The position numbers were made by a program, and so were the translations under genes. The notes beneath the pieces were generated by a model, which was not told the origin of the DNA, did not search any database, and was given only the letters and a program-made list of their open reading frames with translations. Shown piece after piece: positions 41,158 through 51,997 of a stretch of 64,000 bases of DNA. Each line of letters starts with the position of its first letter. The first letter of the stretch is position 1. The stretch comes from Acidobacteriota bacterium (lineage in GTDB: Bacteria > Acidobacteriota > UBA6911 > JACQSX01). The stretch covers positions 36,895-100,894 of the forward strand of contig DASXQR010000060.1 in assembly GCA_036507075.1 (NCBI GenBank), read 5' to 3'.

Positions 41158-44100
41158 ATGAATAACAAATCGCTTACTGAACTGCTGCGTGATCGGATCG
41201 TGATCATCGACGGAGCCATGGGCACGATGATCCAGAGCTTCCGGCTTTTAGAAGCAGATTTCCGAGGCGAGCAGTACGAGAACCACCCGCGGGATTTGAA
41301 AGGCAACAATGATTTGCTGTCCATTACTCAGCCGCAGATCATCGCCTCGATCCATCGCGAGTTTCTAGAGGCGGGCGCGGACATAATCGAGACGAACACT
41401 TTCAATTCCAACACCATTTCGCTGTCCGATTATGGATTGCAGGATCAGGCGTACGCATTCAATCTCGCGGCTGCGCGCGTGGCGCGCCAGGCCGTCGACC
41501 AATTTCAGGCGCAAAACCCGACGCGCTCCTGCTGGGTGGCGGGGTCAATGGGGCCAACCAACCGCACCGCCTCGATGTCGCGCGACGTAAATAACCCGGC
41601 GGCGCGTGAAGTCACGTTCGATCAACTGGCGTCGGCCTACTATGATCAGGTTCGCGGCCTGGTCGATGGCGGCGTAGATCTGCTGCTTCCGGAGACTACG
41701 TTTGACACCCTTAACCTGAAGGCCGCGATATTCGCGATCGAAAAATTCGCAGACGAAACGGGAACGCGCCTGCCGGTAATGATTTCAGTGACGATTACCG
41801 ACCAGTCGGGGCGCACGCTGTCCGGGCAGACCCTGGAAGCTTTCTGGATTTCCATCGAACACGCTCGGCCCTTCAGTGTGGGAATCAATTGTGCGCTGGG
41901 CCCGCGCGAGATGCGGCCCTACCTGGAGGAGTTATCCTCGCTGGCTCCCTGTTTCATCAGTTGCTATCCGAACGCCGGTCTGCCAAACGCGTTCGGTGAA
42001 TACGACGAATCCCCCCAGTCAATGTCGGCGGTGCTGCAAGATTTCGCCGCCAATGGCTGGCTGAATTTCGTGGGCGGCTGCTGCGGCACCCGGCCCGAGC
42101 ACATCCGCGCCATCGCCCAGGCGGTAAGGGGACTGAAGCCGAGAGTTCCGCCCGCCATCGAGCCCTCCTCTCGTTACAGCGGATTAGAAGCGCTGACGCT
42201 TCGCGCCGAAGTTCCATTCCTGCTGATCGGAGAGAGGACAAATGTCACCGGCTCTCCCCGATTTGCAAAGCTGATCCTGGGTGGCGACTTTGAGGCGGCG
42301 CTTGCCGTGGCGCGACAGCAGGTCGAGGGCGGCGCCAATATCATCGACGTAAACATGGACGAGGCGATGCTCGATGGAGAGCAGGCAATGGTCCGGTTTC
42401 TTAATCTGATCGCTGCCGAGCCGGACATCGCGCGCGTGCCCATCATGATAGACAGCTCGAAATGGTCGGTCATTGAGGCAGGGCTGAAGTGCGTCCAGGG
42501 AAAGGCGATCGTGAATTCCATCAGCCTGAAGGAAGGCGAAGAAGTCTTCAAACGCCAGGCGCGCATTGCGAGACGCTACGGCGCCGCGCTGGTGGTGATG
42601 GCTTTTGACGAACGGGGACAGGCCGACACTCTGGAGCGAAAGATCGAGGTCTGCAGCCGCGCTTACCGCATTCTCACACAAGAAGCGGGAATTCATGGAA
42701 GCGACATCATTTTTGATCCCAATATCCTGACCGTCGCTACGGGAATTGAAGAACACAACGCGTACGCGGTGAATTTCATTGACGCCACGCGGCAGATCAA
42801 AGCGAGGCTTCCTCATTGCAGGGTCAGCGGTGGGGTAAGCAACATTTCATTTTCTTTCCGGGGCAATAATCCGCTCCGCGAGGCGATGCATTCGGCATTT
42901 CTTTACCACGCCATTCAGGCCGGACTGGATATGGCCATCGTGAACGCCGGACAGCTCGAGGTGTACGAGGAAATCGATCCTCAGCTCAAGGAAATGGTCG
43001 AAGATGTACTGTTCAACCGGCGGTCAGATGCCACCGAACGGCTGGTGGAGTTCGCCGAATCTTTTAGGAGCTCCGGGAAAGTTCAGGCCAGGGATGATTT
43101 ATGGCGCCAGGCTCCCGTCGAAGAACGCCTTTCGCACGCGCTCATCAAAGGCATCGTTGATTTTATCGAACAGGACACGGAAGAGGCACGTCGAAAGTAT
43201 CCAGCTCCCCTGGCCGTCATTGAAGGGCCGCTGATGAGCGGAATGAGCATCGTGGGAGATCTGTTTGGTTCCGGAAAGATGTTCCTTCCCCAGGTTGTGA
43301 AGAGCGCTCGCGTGATGAAGAAAGCGGTGGCTTACCTGCTTCCCTTTATGGAGGAAGAGAAGAGAAGGACCGGCAATCACAAAGCTCAAGGCAAGATACT
43401 GCTGGCTACCGTCAAAGGAGACGTCCATGACATCGGCAAAAACATCGTCGGTGTGGTGCTCGGCTGCAACAACTACGAGGTGATCGATCTCGGCGTGATG
43501 GTTCCCAGCGAGAAGATTCTGAAGACGGCGCGCGAACAGCAGGTGGACATCATCGGGCTGAGCGGCTTGATTACTCCCTCGCTCGACGAGATGGTGCACG
43601 TGGCCCGGGAAATGCAACGGGAAGGCTTCGACGTGCCGCTGTTGATCGGCGGAGCCACCACCAGCAAGGCCCATACGGCCGTGAAAATTTCACCCCAGTA
43701 TCATGGACCGACGGTTCACGTTCTGGACGCTTCGCGCGCCGTCGGTACGGTGGGACACCTGGTCAGCGCGGAACTGCGCTCCGGTTTCATCGAGAAGAAC
43801 AGAAGCGACCACGCGCGCGCGCGCCAGCTTCACGAGGCGCGGCGGTCAGAAAAGCGACTGCTTAGTGTGGAGGAAGCCAGAAAGCGGCGGCTTGCCCTGG
43901 ATTGGTCCGCCGATTCCCCGCCCAGGCCCCGCTTCACGGGTGTTCGAACGATTGACCCTTGCCCGCTGGAGGAGATCGCTGCATACATCGACTGGTCGCC
44001 GCTCTTCCATACCTGGGAATTAAGGGGGAATTATCCACGCATCTTCAAGGATCCTGTCGTCGGCCAAAGGGCCCGGGAACTGTACGACGACGCCCGGCGG

Positions 44101-44868
44101 CTTCTGGACCGAATTGTTAATGATCGTCGCCTCACGGCCCGGGCCGTTTATGGATTCTTCGCCGCCAACAGCGTCGGTGATGACATCGAGCTTTACACAG
44201 ACGAAAGCCGCCGGCGCGTTTTGACCACTTTACATACGCTCCGCCAGCAGACAGAAAAGCAGCAGGACCAGCCACAGCTTGCTTTGGCCGATTTTGTGGC
44301 GCCGAAAACATCCGCCAGAGAGGATTTTATCGGGGCATTTGCCGTGTCGGCAGGCTTCGGCTCGGAAGCGCTTGTCGCTGAATTTGAAAGAGACCATGAC
44401 GACTATAACGCCATCATGACCAAGGCGCTGGCGGACAGACTTGCGGAAGCGACGGCCGAATGGCTTCACGGAAAGGCCAGGGAAGACTGGCAGTACGGCA
44501 AGGACGAGAAACTTACGCAGGAGGATCTCATCTCGGAAAAGTACCAGGGGATCCGCCCTGCTCCGGGCTACCCGGCCTGCCCCGATCACACGGAAAAGCG
44601 GCTCTTGTTTGACCTGCTCCAGGCTGAGAAGAACGCAGGCATCCGGCTTACCGACAGCTTTGCAATGGACCCGGCGAGTTCGGTCAGCGGGTTTTATTTC
44701 AGCCACAAAGAGTCGCGCTACTTCGCGGTGGGTCAGATCGGTCGGGATCAGGTGGTTGATTATGCCGAGCGGAAAGGAATGGCCGTGCAAGAGGTTGAGA
44801 AATGGTTAGGGCCGAACCTGGCCTACGATCCGGAGCAAAAAAGCGTAGCGGTTGAGGCGGTCGGATAG
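41158..44868 (+). CDS. metH: Cobalamin-dependent methionine synthase
   Basis: [43 protein letters not shown]. Confidence 0.99.
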   Translation: MNNKSLTELLRDRIVIIDGAMGTMIQSFRLLEADFRGEQYENHPRDLKGNNDLLSITQPQIIASIHREFLEAGADIIETNTFNSNTISLSDYGLQDQAYAFNLAAARVARQAVDQFQAQNPTRSCWVAGSMGPTNRTASMSRDVNNPAAREVTFDQLASAYYDQVRGLVDGGVDLLLPETTFDTLNLKAAIFAIEKFADETGTRLPVMISVTITDQSGRTLSGQTLEAFWISIEHARPFSVGINCALGPREMRPYLEELSSLAPCFISCYPNAGLPNAFGEYDESPQSMSAVLQDFAANGWLNFVGGCCGTRPEHIRAIAQAVRGLKPRVPPAIEPSSRYSGLEALTLRAEVPFLLIGERTNVTGSPRFAKLILGGDFEAALAVARQQVEGGANIIDVNMDEAMLDGEQAMVRFLNLIAAEPDIARVPIMIDSSKWSVIEAGLKCVQGKAIVNSISLKEGEEVFKRQARIARRYGAALVVMAFDERGQADTLERKIEVCSRAYRILTQEAGIHGSDIIFDPNILTVATGIEEHNAYAVNFIDATRQIKARLPHCRVSGGVSNISFSFRGNNPLREAMHSAFLYHAIQAGLDMAIVNAGQLEVYEEIDPQLKEMVEDVLFNRRSDATERLVEFAESFRSSGKVQARDDLWRQAPVEERLSHALIKGIVDFIEQDTEEARRKYPAPLAVIEGPLMSGMSIVGDLFGSGKMFLPQVVKSARVMKKAVAYLLPFMEEEKRRTGNHKAQGKILLATVKGDVHDIGKNIVGVVLGCNNYEVIDLGVMVPSEKILKTAREQQVDIIGLSGLITPSLDEMVHVAREMQREGFDVPLLIGGATTSKAHTAVKISPQYHGPTVHVLDASRAVGTVGHLVSAELRSGFIEKNRSDHARARQLHEARRSEKRLLSVEEARKRRLALDWSADSPPRPRFTGVRTIDPCPLEEIAAYIDWSPLFHTWELRGNYPRIFKDPVVGQRARELYDDARRLLDRIVNDRRLTARAVYGFFAANSVGDDIELYTDESRRRVLTTLHTLRQQTEKQQDQPQLALADFVAPKTSAREDFIGAFAVSAGFGSEALVAEFERDHDDYNAIMTKALADRLAEATAEWLHGKAREDWQYGKDEKLTQEDLISEKYQGIRPAPGYPACPDHTEKRLLFDLLQAEKNAGIRLTDSFAMDPASSVSGFYFSHKESRYFAVGQIGRDQVVDYAERKGMAVQEVEKWLGPNLAYDPEQKSVAVEAVG

Positions 44869-44887
44869 CGCCACACGTTGGCGATTT

Positions 44888-45008
44888 GCACGCGAAGCGC
44901 AGAGCCACGTCCCGCAAGGGCGTGGCGGGGGCGTGAGGCGCCGCCAGCGAGCCGACTTGCATGGTTTCCGCCACGCCCTTGCGGGACGCGGCTCTGCGCT
45001 TCGCGTGC
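44888..45008. repeat. ~41-bp inverted repeat element
   Basis: GCACGCGAAGCGCAGAGCC(A/G)CGTCCCGCAAGGGCGTGGCGG and its reverse complement. Confidence 0.85.
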
Positions 45009-45021
45009 TAGCCCGAGTGGC

Positions 45022-45051
45022 TTGCCACGCGGTATAACCAACCGCTAAAAT
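45022..45051 (+). promoter_or_regulatory. Sigma70-type promoter for tRNA-Leu
   Basis: TTGCCA-18 nt-TAAAAT. Confidence 0.55.
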
Positions 45052-45061
45052 CATTTTCTTT

Positions 45062-45145
45062 GCCGAAGTGGTGGAATTGGCAGACACGCCATCTTGAGGG
45101 GGTGGTATCCGAAAGGGTGTGGGGGTTCGAGTCCCCCCTTCGGCA
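45062..45145 (+). tRNA. tRNA-Leu(GAG), CCA not encoded
   Basis: GCCGAAG acceptor stem, GGAATTGGCAGAC D-loop, CCATC-TTGAGGG-GGTGG anticodon arm, long variable arm, TTCGAGT T-loop. Confidence 0.96.
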
Positions 45146-45173
45146 TTCAAGTTTCAACTAAGCAACACTTCTG

Positions 45174-45374
45174 TCAGAGCCCGAGAGGGACCCTCCGAAG
45201 CGGCGAATATCTCGTAATTCTCGAATCGCTTCGTTCGCGCTCTGGAGGTCCCTCACTGCGTTCGGGCTCTGATAGTGTGCCGTGTACCCAATTCCGCCTT
45301 CCGCTTTCCGCCTTCTGCTTCCTGCCCGCTGCCTCCTGCCTCCTGCCACCTGCCTCCTGCCACCTGCCACCTGC
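45174..45374. repeat. REP-like inverted repeat (45174-45272) plus CCT(C/T)CTG/CCACCTG heptamer run
   Basis: TCAGAGCCCGA..GAGGGACC / GGTCCCTC..TCGGGCTCTGA; heptamers at 45291-45374. Confidence 0.75.
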
Positions 45375-45377
45375 AGG

Positions 45378-45731
45378 CTATTTCTTCGGAGGCTGTGCGG
45401 GCGGTTTTTGTGCAGGACCCGGGGCGGGAGTGGTTTTCGCCGGGCTGGTATTCTGCGCGGGCGCCTTGTAGGGCACCCGATCCACAACGCTGGAGGACTG
45501 CCTGTTATAAAGAATCGCCAGCGCCAGCGAAGTGACCATGAAGATAATGGCGCAGGCCGTCGTCATCTTGCTCAGGAAGGTTGCAGCACCGCGAGACCCA
45601 AAGGCCGTCTGGCTTCCGCCTCCTCCGAACGCGCCGGCCAGATCGGCGCCCTTTCCCGACTGCAACAGCACAACTCCGATCAATACCACCGAAACCATGA
45701 TGTGCAAGGCCAAAAAAAGATAAAAAAGCAT
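45378..45731 (-). CDS. secG: Preprotein translocase SecG
   Basis: VLLQSGKGADLAGAFGGGGSQTAFGSRGAATFLSKMT. Confidence 0.96.
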   Translation of the reverse strand: MLFYLFLALHIMVSVVLIGVVLLQSGKGADLAGAFGGGGSQTAFGSRGAATFLSKMTTACAIIFMVTSLALAILYNRQSSSVVDRVPYKAPAQNTSPAKTTPAPGPAQKPPAQPPKK

Positions 45732-45767
45732 TTCAATTTCCTCTTAGTTAAGGAATTTCAAAAACCC

Positions 45768-45919
45768 AACCGCCAAGAACGCAAAGAGCGCCAAGACTTA
45801 AAGTGGATCTAGTAAATCTGATCTGGTAAACAGTTCGAAGCGTCAGACGAATGCAACATCGCCCGAAGGTTTCGCCAAAGTGATCTTAATTCCTTGGCGT
45901 TCTTTGTTTCTTGGCGGTT
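45768..45919. repeat. 9-mer-family inverted repeat
   Basis: AACCGCCAAGAACGCAAAGAGCGCCAAG...CTTGGCGTTCTTTGTTTCTTGGCGGTT. Confidence 0.75.
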
Positions 45920-45938
45920 CCATTGTTCGTCCGCCAAG

Positions 45939-46697
45939 CTACCCATTATAATTCACGATTCTCGCAAAGTGGTCCGCATTTAGACTCGCCCCGCCGACCA
46001 GGGCTCCGTCGATGTCGCGCTGGGCCATCAGCCCGTCAACGTTGTCCGGTTTCACGCTGCCCCCATAAAGTATCCGCAACTGATCTCCTGATTGCGTTCC
46101 GTAGCGTGACGCAAAGAAGGCACGAATAAAGGCATGCGCTTCTTGAGCTGTTTCGGGAGTGGCCGTCTTTCCGGTTCCAATAGCCCAGACCGGTTCATAG
46201 GCCACCACGATGCGCCGCAAGCAAGAAGTTGGGATTGACCCCAGCGCTCCTTCCAATTGGCCACGAATCACAGCCTCTGTTTCTCCTGCTTCCCTTTGCT
46301 GAAGCGTTTCTCCCACGCAAAAGATCGGATCCAGATCTGCGCGGCAGGCAGCCTGAATCTTCTCGCCGATGAAGCTGTCGGTCTCCTTGAAATACTGGCG
46401 GCGCTCAGAATGGCCGATGATGGCGAAACTGCAGCCCACGGAAGCCAGCATTTCGGCGGAGACCTCGCCTGTGAAAGCCCCTTCCTTCTGAGGATGCAGA
46501 TTCTGCGAGCCGACGCGAATGTGGCTGTCTTGCAACTTCTGGTGCACCAACGGCAATACCGGATAAGGGGGCGCGACTCCAACTTCCCGGTCGCCCGCCA
46601 CACGAATCTTGCTTTTAAGCTGCTCGCAGAATTGCACAGCCTCGCCCGCATCCTTGTACATCTTCCAGTTGCCGATTATGAAAGGAATTCGGCTCAT
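45939..46697 (-). CDS. tpiA: Triosephosphate isomerase
   Basis: [36 protein letters not shown]. Confidence 0.98.
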   Translation of the reverse strand: MSRIPFIIGNWKMYKDAGEAVQFCEQLKSKIRVAGDREVGVAPPYPVLPLVHQKLQDSHIRVGSQNLHPQKEGAFTGEVSAEMLASVGCSFAIIGHSERRQYFKETDSFIGEKIQAACRADLDPIFCVGETLQQREAGETEAVIRGQLEGALGSIPTSCLRRIVVAYEPVWAIGTGKTATPETAQEAHAFIRAFFASRYGTQSGDQLRILYGGSVKPDNVDGLMAQRDIDGALVGGASLNADHFARIVNYNG

Positions 46698-46798
46698 TTT
46701 CTCAAGGCGCGCCGATTCTGGCTTGGTGTCTTTGTGGTTCATTTTTTCAACCACAAAGGCACCAAGCTAGTTCAACTTGATTTCCGCGTAATTGACCG

Positions 46799-47983
46799 TC
46801 ATGGCTGATCCGTCAAAACTTCAATACCGGGCAACTTCTTGCCTGCCAGAAATTCCAGGGATGCGCCTCCGCCTGTTGAGACGTGGTCGATTCGATCCTG
46901 AACTCCGGCGGCGTTGACAGCAGCGACCGAATCGCCTCCGCCGACAATCGTAAGGCCTTCCACCTCGGCCATCGCACGGGCGATGGCGACCGTTCCGCGC
47001 TCAAAAGGGGAGGTTTCAAAAACACCCATGGGACCATTCCAGATGACCGTTCTGGATTTCCGGACCACAGAAGTATATTCCTCCACGGTCCTGGGACCGA
47101 TGTCGAGCGCAATTGCATCACTGGGAATCTCTTCCACAACCCGCGACTCGACAGAGGGCCTGATCTCGGCCGCCACCACGTGATCCGCCGGCAGGAGAAA
47201 CTTCACTCTTTGCGCCACGGCCCGCCTCATCAAGTCGCCGGCCATGGGCACTTTGTCCTCTTCGAGCAGAGACTTGCCGATCGAGCAGCCTTTCGCCTTG
47301 AGGAATGTGTACGCCATGCCTCCGCCGATCAGGATATTCTGCACAATTTGTAGGAAGTTTTCGATGATCTCAATCTTGTCGCTGACCTTCGCTCCTCCGA
47401 AGATTGCGGTAGCCGGACGCTCCGGATTCTGGAGGGCGCGCGAAAGATAATCGATTTCCTTCTCCATCAGAAAGCCGGCAGCCCCGCGGCCCAGCACTTT
47501 GACGATGCCGACGGTGGATGCGTGCGCACGATGCGCCGCACCGAAAGCATCATTCACGTACAAATCCGCCAGGCGGGCCAGGCCGGCGGAAAACCGCTCC
47601 TCGTTTTTTTCTTCTTCGGCATGAAAGCGTAGATTTTCGAGCAGCAGAGCCTCGCCTGGCGCAAGCTGCTCGACGGCCTTCTCTACCTCTGAACCGACGC
47701 AGTCGCGAGCAAAATGAACTTTTGTGCCGGCGCTCAAAGCCTGCAGGTGGCGCGACACCGGTTCGAGTGAATATTTTTCATTGCGTGTTCCCTTGGGCCT
47801 CCCCAGATGTGAAGCCAACACCACGCGCGCACCCTGCTCCCGGGCATATTGAATACTGGGCATCGAGGCGCGAATACGGGTATCGTCCTCAACTTTTCCG
47901 TCCTTGAGCGGGACATTGAAATCCACACGCAGGAAAAGTCTTTTGTTCCTAAGATCCAGGTCTTTGATGCTGAGTTTTTTCAT
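46799..47983 (-). CDS. pgk: Phosphoglycerate kinase
   Basis: RVDFNVP, SHLGRP, DAFGAAHRAH, STGGGASLEF. Confidence 0.99.
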   Translation of the reverse strand: MKKLSIKDLDLRNKRLFLRVDFNVPLKDGKVEDDTRIRASMPSIQYAREQGARVVLASHLGRPKGTRNEKYSLEPVSRHLQALSAGTKVHFARDCVGSEVEKAVEQLAPGEALLLENLRFHAEEEKNEERFSAGLARLADLYVNDAFGAAHRAHASTVGIVKVLGRGAAGFLMEKEIDYLSRALQNPERPATAIFGGAKVSDKIEIIENFLQIVQNILIGGGMAYTFLKAKGCSIGKSLLEEDKVPMAGDLMRRAVAQRVKFLLPADHVVAAEIRPSVESRVVEEIPSDAIALDIGPRTVEEYTSVVRKSRTVIWNGPMGVFETSPFERGTVAIARAMAEVEGLTIVGGGDSVAAVNAAGVQDRIDHVSTGGGASLEFLAGKKLPGIEVLTDQP

Positions 47984-48003
47984 TTTGCTGGAACCGGAGG
48001 GTT

Positions 48004-48233
48004 ATTGGTCAATGGTCATTGGTCATCGGTCATTGTCATAATTGGTCATTGGTCATCGGTCGTCGATCGTCGGAAATCTTGTTGAAAAACTAAGCTCTTG
48101 CCGATTAGCAGCCAACAGCGTTGAGCTGGCTTGGTGTCTTGGTGGTTCATTTTTCTTACCACCAACGCACCAAGACCCAGACTTCCATAATGCTTGACCA
48201 ATGACGAATGACCAATGACTGATGACCAATGAC
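48004..48233. repeat. Inverted GGTCATT/AATGACC heptamer arrays enclosing an outward-facing 9-mer IR
   Basis: Inner CTTGGTGTCTTGGTGG...CCACCAACGCACCAAG resembles 46722-46767. Confidence 0.8.
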
Positions 48234-48451
48234 CCTTTCTGCTTTCCGAGAGCCCTAAAGAATAAGCCAAAGGTCCTGAATGTAAACGCAAAAATTCCTG
48301 CTGCTCGTTTTTCTTTCCCATTCTAAGCTTGACTAAAGTATTCTTCCCCGATTGCGGCGACCGGCGCAGACACACACGGCTTCGGATAAGATCACAATTC
48401 GAGTGAATGCGCTTCAGCTAGGATCAATTTCCTGATAGTAGTCGAGTGAGG

Positions 48452-49183
48452 ATGCGCTACTTTGTTATTGCCGATATCCATTCGAACCTGGAGGCCCTCG
48501 ACGCCGTCCTGAAATACCGGAACTATGACCGGCTGCTTGTGCTGGGAGATATTGTCGGCTATGGCGCCGATCCGGACAAAACCGTGCAGCGGATACGCGA
48601 CAGCGCTCCGGCAGCGATCGTGCGCGGCAACCATGACAAAGTGATCGCCGGCCTGGAGGGATCCGAATCCTTTGTGTCCCATGCGCGCGAATCAGCGCGC
48701 TGGACACGCGACCAGCTAAGCCCGGAGAATCTTGATTTCATCCGCAATCTTCCAGCCGGCCCTTTGCAGATCGATGAGACGATCACCATAGCGCACGGAG
48801 CCCCGTTTGATGAGGACGCATATCTGGTGCCCAATATCCCAACCGACGAGGTGTTCGAAGGTTGTACCACACCGGTCTGCTTTTTCGGGCACACGCATGT
48901 CCCGACGGTTTTCTACGGAATCGGCCAGACGGTTTACTCCACGCAGGTGATTCCACCCGTCTCCATGTCCCTGATGAGGGACGCCTCCCGTTATTTGATC
49001 AATCCAGGTTCGGTGGGCCAGCCGCGCGACGGCGATCCGCGGGCGGCATTCCTGGTATTCGATTCGGAGAAGTTTGAAGTGGAGTTCCACCGCGTCGAGT
49101 ACGACATCCAGATGGCGCAGCAGAAAATCCGGGCGGCCGGCCTGCCCGACTTCCTCTCGCAGCGACTCGCCAGAGGTGTCTAA
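48452..49183 (+). CDS. Calcineurin-like metallophosphoesterase
   Basis: DIHSN, GDIVGYG, RGNHD, HG, GHTH, NPGSVGQPRDGDPRAA. Confidence 0.93.
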   Translation: MRYFVIADIHSNLEALDAVLKYRNYDRLLVLGDIVGYGADPDKTVQRIRDSAPAAIVRGNHDKVIAGLEGSESFVSHARESARWTRDQLSPENLDFIRNLPAGPLQIDETITIAHGAPFDEDAYLVPNIPTDEVFEGCTTPVCFFGHTHVPTVFYGIGQTVYSTQVIPPVSMSLMRDASRYLINPGSVGQPRDGDPRAAFLVFDSEKFEVEFHRVEYDIQMAQQKIRAAGLPDFLSQRLARGV

Positions 49184-49204
49184 TTTTTCGTAGAGTACAA
49201 GGGC

Positions 49205-49312
49205 GAGTTGTCGGGTTACGGGTTGACGGGTTACGAGTTGGCCGAGCTACGGTTGGCGAGTTAGAAAATTCAACAACCCGTAACTCGCCAACCCGCCAAA
49301 CCCGTAACTCGT
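49205..49312. repeat. Inverted CGGGTT/AACCCG arrays
   Basis: Direct reading. Confidence 0.8.
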
Positions 49313-49317
49313 AGCAA

Positions 49318-50625
49318 CTATCCGAGCATCTCCCCTTCTTCGGCTGCCGGTTCGAGAGCGCGGAAGACGGCGCGTCTTTCCACTGCGCCCAGCAGGGTGT
49401 CCAGGAACACATGGAAACGATGCAGCACATCCTTCAGCTCGCCGGCAGGGCAGCTCTTCAACTGATCGACAAAACCTTCCACCAGGCCCCAATCCTTGAA
49501 CATCAGGCAGCGCATGCTGTTCTCGCAGAAAATGTGGAGCAGCCTTTGAAGCGAGGCGAATCCAGCCGCACTGAAGTTCTCTGCCAGTTGTCCCACCAGC
49601 TCGCGCAGCGTGCTCAGGTCGGCCTGCACGCGCACGCTTTCTTCCAGACGAAGCTCGATATCCGTGAACAGCAGGTACTCATCAAAACCCCTGTTAAAAG
49701 AGCGCGCAATGGAAATAAAAACGTTCTGAAAGCAGTTCCACAACAGACCGGCTGCATCTTCCAGGTGCGAGTAAATTTCCTCGATTTGTGTTTCCTTCTC
49801 GATTCCTCCCAGTTCCTGTTTGAACACCCGTTTCATTTCCACCTTCAGAGCAAAGATCAGGGTGGTCACTTCCTCGGCGCTGTTGGGAACCAGCAACTCC
49901 CAGCGGGCAGACCACTGCTCCAGGCGCTGCAGAATTCCCTTCCCATCCGTGTGCATGTGCGAAAGCAGGGCGAAAAAGGCGCGATAGTTGAAGTGGCTCC
50001 GCAGCCCGGTTCGGATGTATCGAATACGCGAAAGTACTCGATAGATGCGGGCAAACAGTGCAAGGGTTTCCAGCCGCATCTCGGCCGAGCGAATTTCTCC
50101 CAGCACTTCCAGTTCAACAATGTCCTGCCAGGTCCGCTCGATGTATTTGTGCCGCAGCTTGGTGGCGGTTTTGTTTTTTCGGAAGGCGATGAACTCATGG
50201 TTCAGCAGCCTTCCCATGCTCTTGAAGAAAACCAGCGGGATACTCTGCGATTCCAGCTTCTCGCGCAGGATGATGCGAAAATCATTCACTGTTTGTGCCA
50301 GCAGGATGACGCGACCGGCCACCGCGGTTTGTTTTCGATAGCGGAAGAACTCGAGCGGCAGGTTTCCGCGGACGCTTGCGTCTTCCCACTTCACATCCTT
50401 TACTTCGGAAAGCTCGCTCAGCGCGAGATCGGTCGCCAGTTCGCCGATCTTCTCCAGAATCCAGGCGGCGGTGCGCGCCTCTTCGACGAAGTTCTTTCCC
50501 AGGCCCACCACGCGTTCCGACTCAGCGAAAGAGAGCGCCTGGTACTTGAAGTAACCCTGCAGGCATGAAATCCACATCTCCAGTTCGGAGACGGGATCGA
50601 GGTGGAAGAGGAGATCTCTATTCAT
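49318..50625 (-). CDS. Hypothetical all-alpha protein (435 aa)
   Basis: Long ORF with natural composition; 8-nt overlap with upstream gene. Confidence 0.82.
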   Translation of the reverse strand: MNRDLLFHLDPVSELEMWISCLQGYFKYQALSFAESERVVGLGKNFVEEARTAAWILEKIGELATDLALSELSEVKDVKWEDASVRGNLPLEFFRYRKQTAVAGRVILLAQTVNDFRIILREKLESQSIPLVFFKSMGRLLNHEFIAFRKNKTATKLRHKYIERTWQDIVELEVLGEIRSAEMRLETLALFARIYRVLSRIRYIRTGLRSHFNYRAFFALLSHMHTDGKGILQRLEQWSARWELLVPNSAEEVTTLIFALKVEMKRVFKQELGGIEKETQIEEIYSHLEDAAGLLWNCFQNVFISIARSFNRGFDEYLLFTDIELRLEESVRVQADLSTLRELVGQLAENFSAAGFASLQRLLHIFCENSMRCLMFKDWGLVEGFVDQLKSCPAGELKDVLHRFHVFLDTLLGAVERRAVFRALEPAAEEGEMLG

Positions 50626-50977
50626 CCGGTCCGTAGAAAATGGACCGGAATTCGTGACATTCTTTGCGAAGCGTCAGCCAATCAAAAAAAATATCGGGGT
50701 TCTGATTCCAGATGGTGAACCAGCGGGAAATCTCCGCTTTCTCAACCCTTTTTTCTCCACACACCTTGCTGTTGCGCGATATCGCTTCCGCACGCTTCCG
50801 GCCTAAGATGCAAATCTGGTGACAGTAACTGATTCCCTTCAGATCTCCCTTCTTCAGAAACTGCCGGTACAGCGTATCGATCTTCTGGAGCGAGAGCTCC
50901 GCTTCTTCCAGCGTGCGAAATTTCAGCACGTCTTCAAAGTCACTCTGGTACGCTCTGTCGATCTCAACGTCTTTCAT
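50618..50977 (-). CDS. Hypothetical helical protein (119 aa)
   Basis: Trp-rich motif EISRWFTIWNQNPDIFFDWLTLRK; coupled to downstream ORF. Confidence 0.8.
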   Translation of the reverse strand: MKDVEIDRAYQSDFEDVLKFRTLEEAELSLQKIDTLYRQFLKKGDLKGISYCHQICILGRKRAEAISRNSKVCGEKRVEKAEISRWFTIWNQNPDIFFDWLTLRKECHEFRSIFYGPDE

Positions 50978-51088
50978 CTCTGATGAGGCCTCAAGAAAAA
51001 AATTGCTGGAAGTATAACATAGCCAGAGGATTATCTTTCAAAATGATTGCGCTCGCCGGGCCTGCAAGTTAACTTATCGCTGCACGGA

Positions 51089-51997
51089 ATGAAACGACTG
51101 ACATACCTGGGCGCGCTGCTTGCGCTGAAAATTTTCGCACGTCTGCCCCGTCCGGTCGCGTACGCGCTCGCACATGCCCTGGTAATTCTTTATTACCGGT
51201 GTGACGGCCGTCACCGACGCATCGGAATGACCAATCTGCTCATCGCCTTTCCCGAGCAGCCGAAATCGTGGCGGGCCGAGGTGCTGCGCCGCAGCTACTT
51301 GAATCTCGCCGACCTGCTGGTGGAAGTGAGCCGCTTTCCGAAAATCACGCCTCAGAACATCGCACAGCTTGTCTCCTACACGGAAGGAAGCATGGATCGC
51401 TATGTCGCGGCCAAGAGCAAGGGCTGCGGCCTGCTTTACCTCACTGCTCACGTGGGAGCGTGGGAACTGCTTCCCTTCGCGCACGCCGCGTACGGATACC
51501 CGCTCAGCTTTGTGGTGCGGCCGATCAACCGCGAGGACCTGAATGAAGTGCTGGAGCGCTACCGAAAGATCGCGGGCAATCAACTGATTCCCAAGAAAAA
51601 TGCTATCCGTTCCATTTTGCGGGTCCTCAATGAAAGAGGAGACGTGGGGATCCTGATCGATCAGAATGTGCTGCCCGAAGATGGAGTATTCGCGGCTCTT
51701 TTTGGAAAACTCGCCTGCACCACCAATGGCCTTGCCATGATTGCATTGCGGACGGGGGCCCCGGTGCTGCCTGCATTCCTGCTGCCGGGGGAGCGTCGCG
51801 GCCGCTACCGCATTCATTTTGGCGAAGAGGTTCCGCTGCACCATAATGGAACAGTGGAAGAAAACATCCGCCTCACTACCGAGAGATTCAACCAGGTGCT
51901 GGAGGACGTCATCCGGAAATACCCGCACTGCTGGCTTTGGGTGCACAAACGATGGAAGACTCGACCGCCCGGGGACGAGGAAAACATCTACCCATGA
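51089..51997 (+). CDS. lpxL: Lipid A late acyltransferase (LpxL/HtrB family)
   Basis: TAHVGAWE, ILIDQ, WLWVHKRWKTRP. Confidence 0.88.
   Translation: MKRLTYLGALLALKIFARLPRPVAYALAHALVILYYRCDGRHRRIGMTNLLIAFPEQPKSWRAEVLRRSYLNLADLLVEVSRFPKITPQNIAQLVSYTEGSMDRYVAAKSKGCGLLYLTAHVGAWELLPFAHAAYGYPLSFVVRPINREDLNEVLERYRKIAGNQLIPKKNAIRSILRVLNERGDVGILIDQNVLPEDGVFAALFGKLACTTNGLAMIALRTGAPVLPAFLLPGERRGRYRIHFGEEVPLHHNGTVEENIRLTTERFNQVLEDVIRKYPHCWLWVHKRWKTRPPGDEENIYP

Noticed and set aside
49411..50568. 385-aa plus-strand ORF (similarly 51074-52321, 3928-4860, 11657-12475, 24573-25421)
   Set aside because: Antisense shadows of well-supported genes, typical at this GC content.
49318..50977. Toxin-antitoxin or anti-phage system for the small-plus-large gene pair
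   Set aside because: No nuclease, NTPase, HEPN, TIR or HTH motif recognised, and the context is housekeeping.
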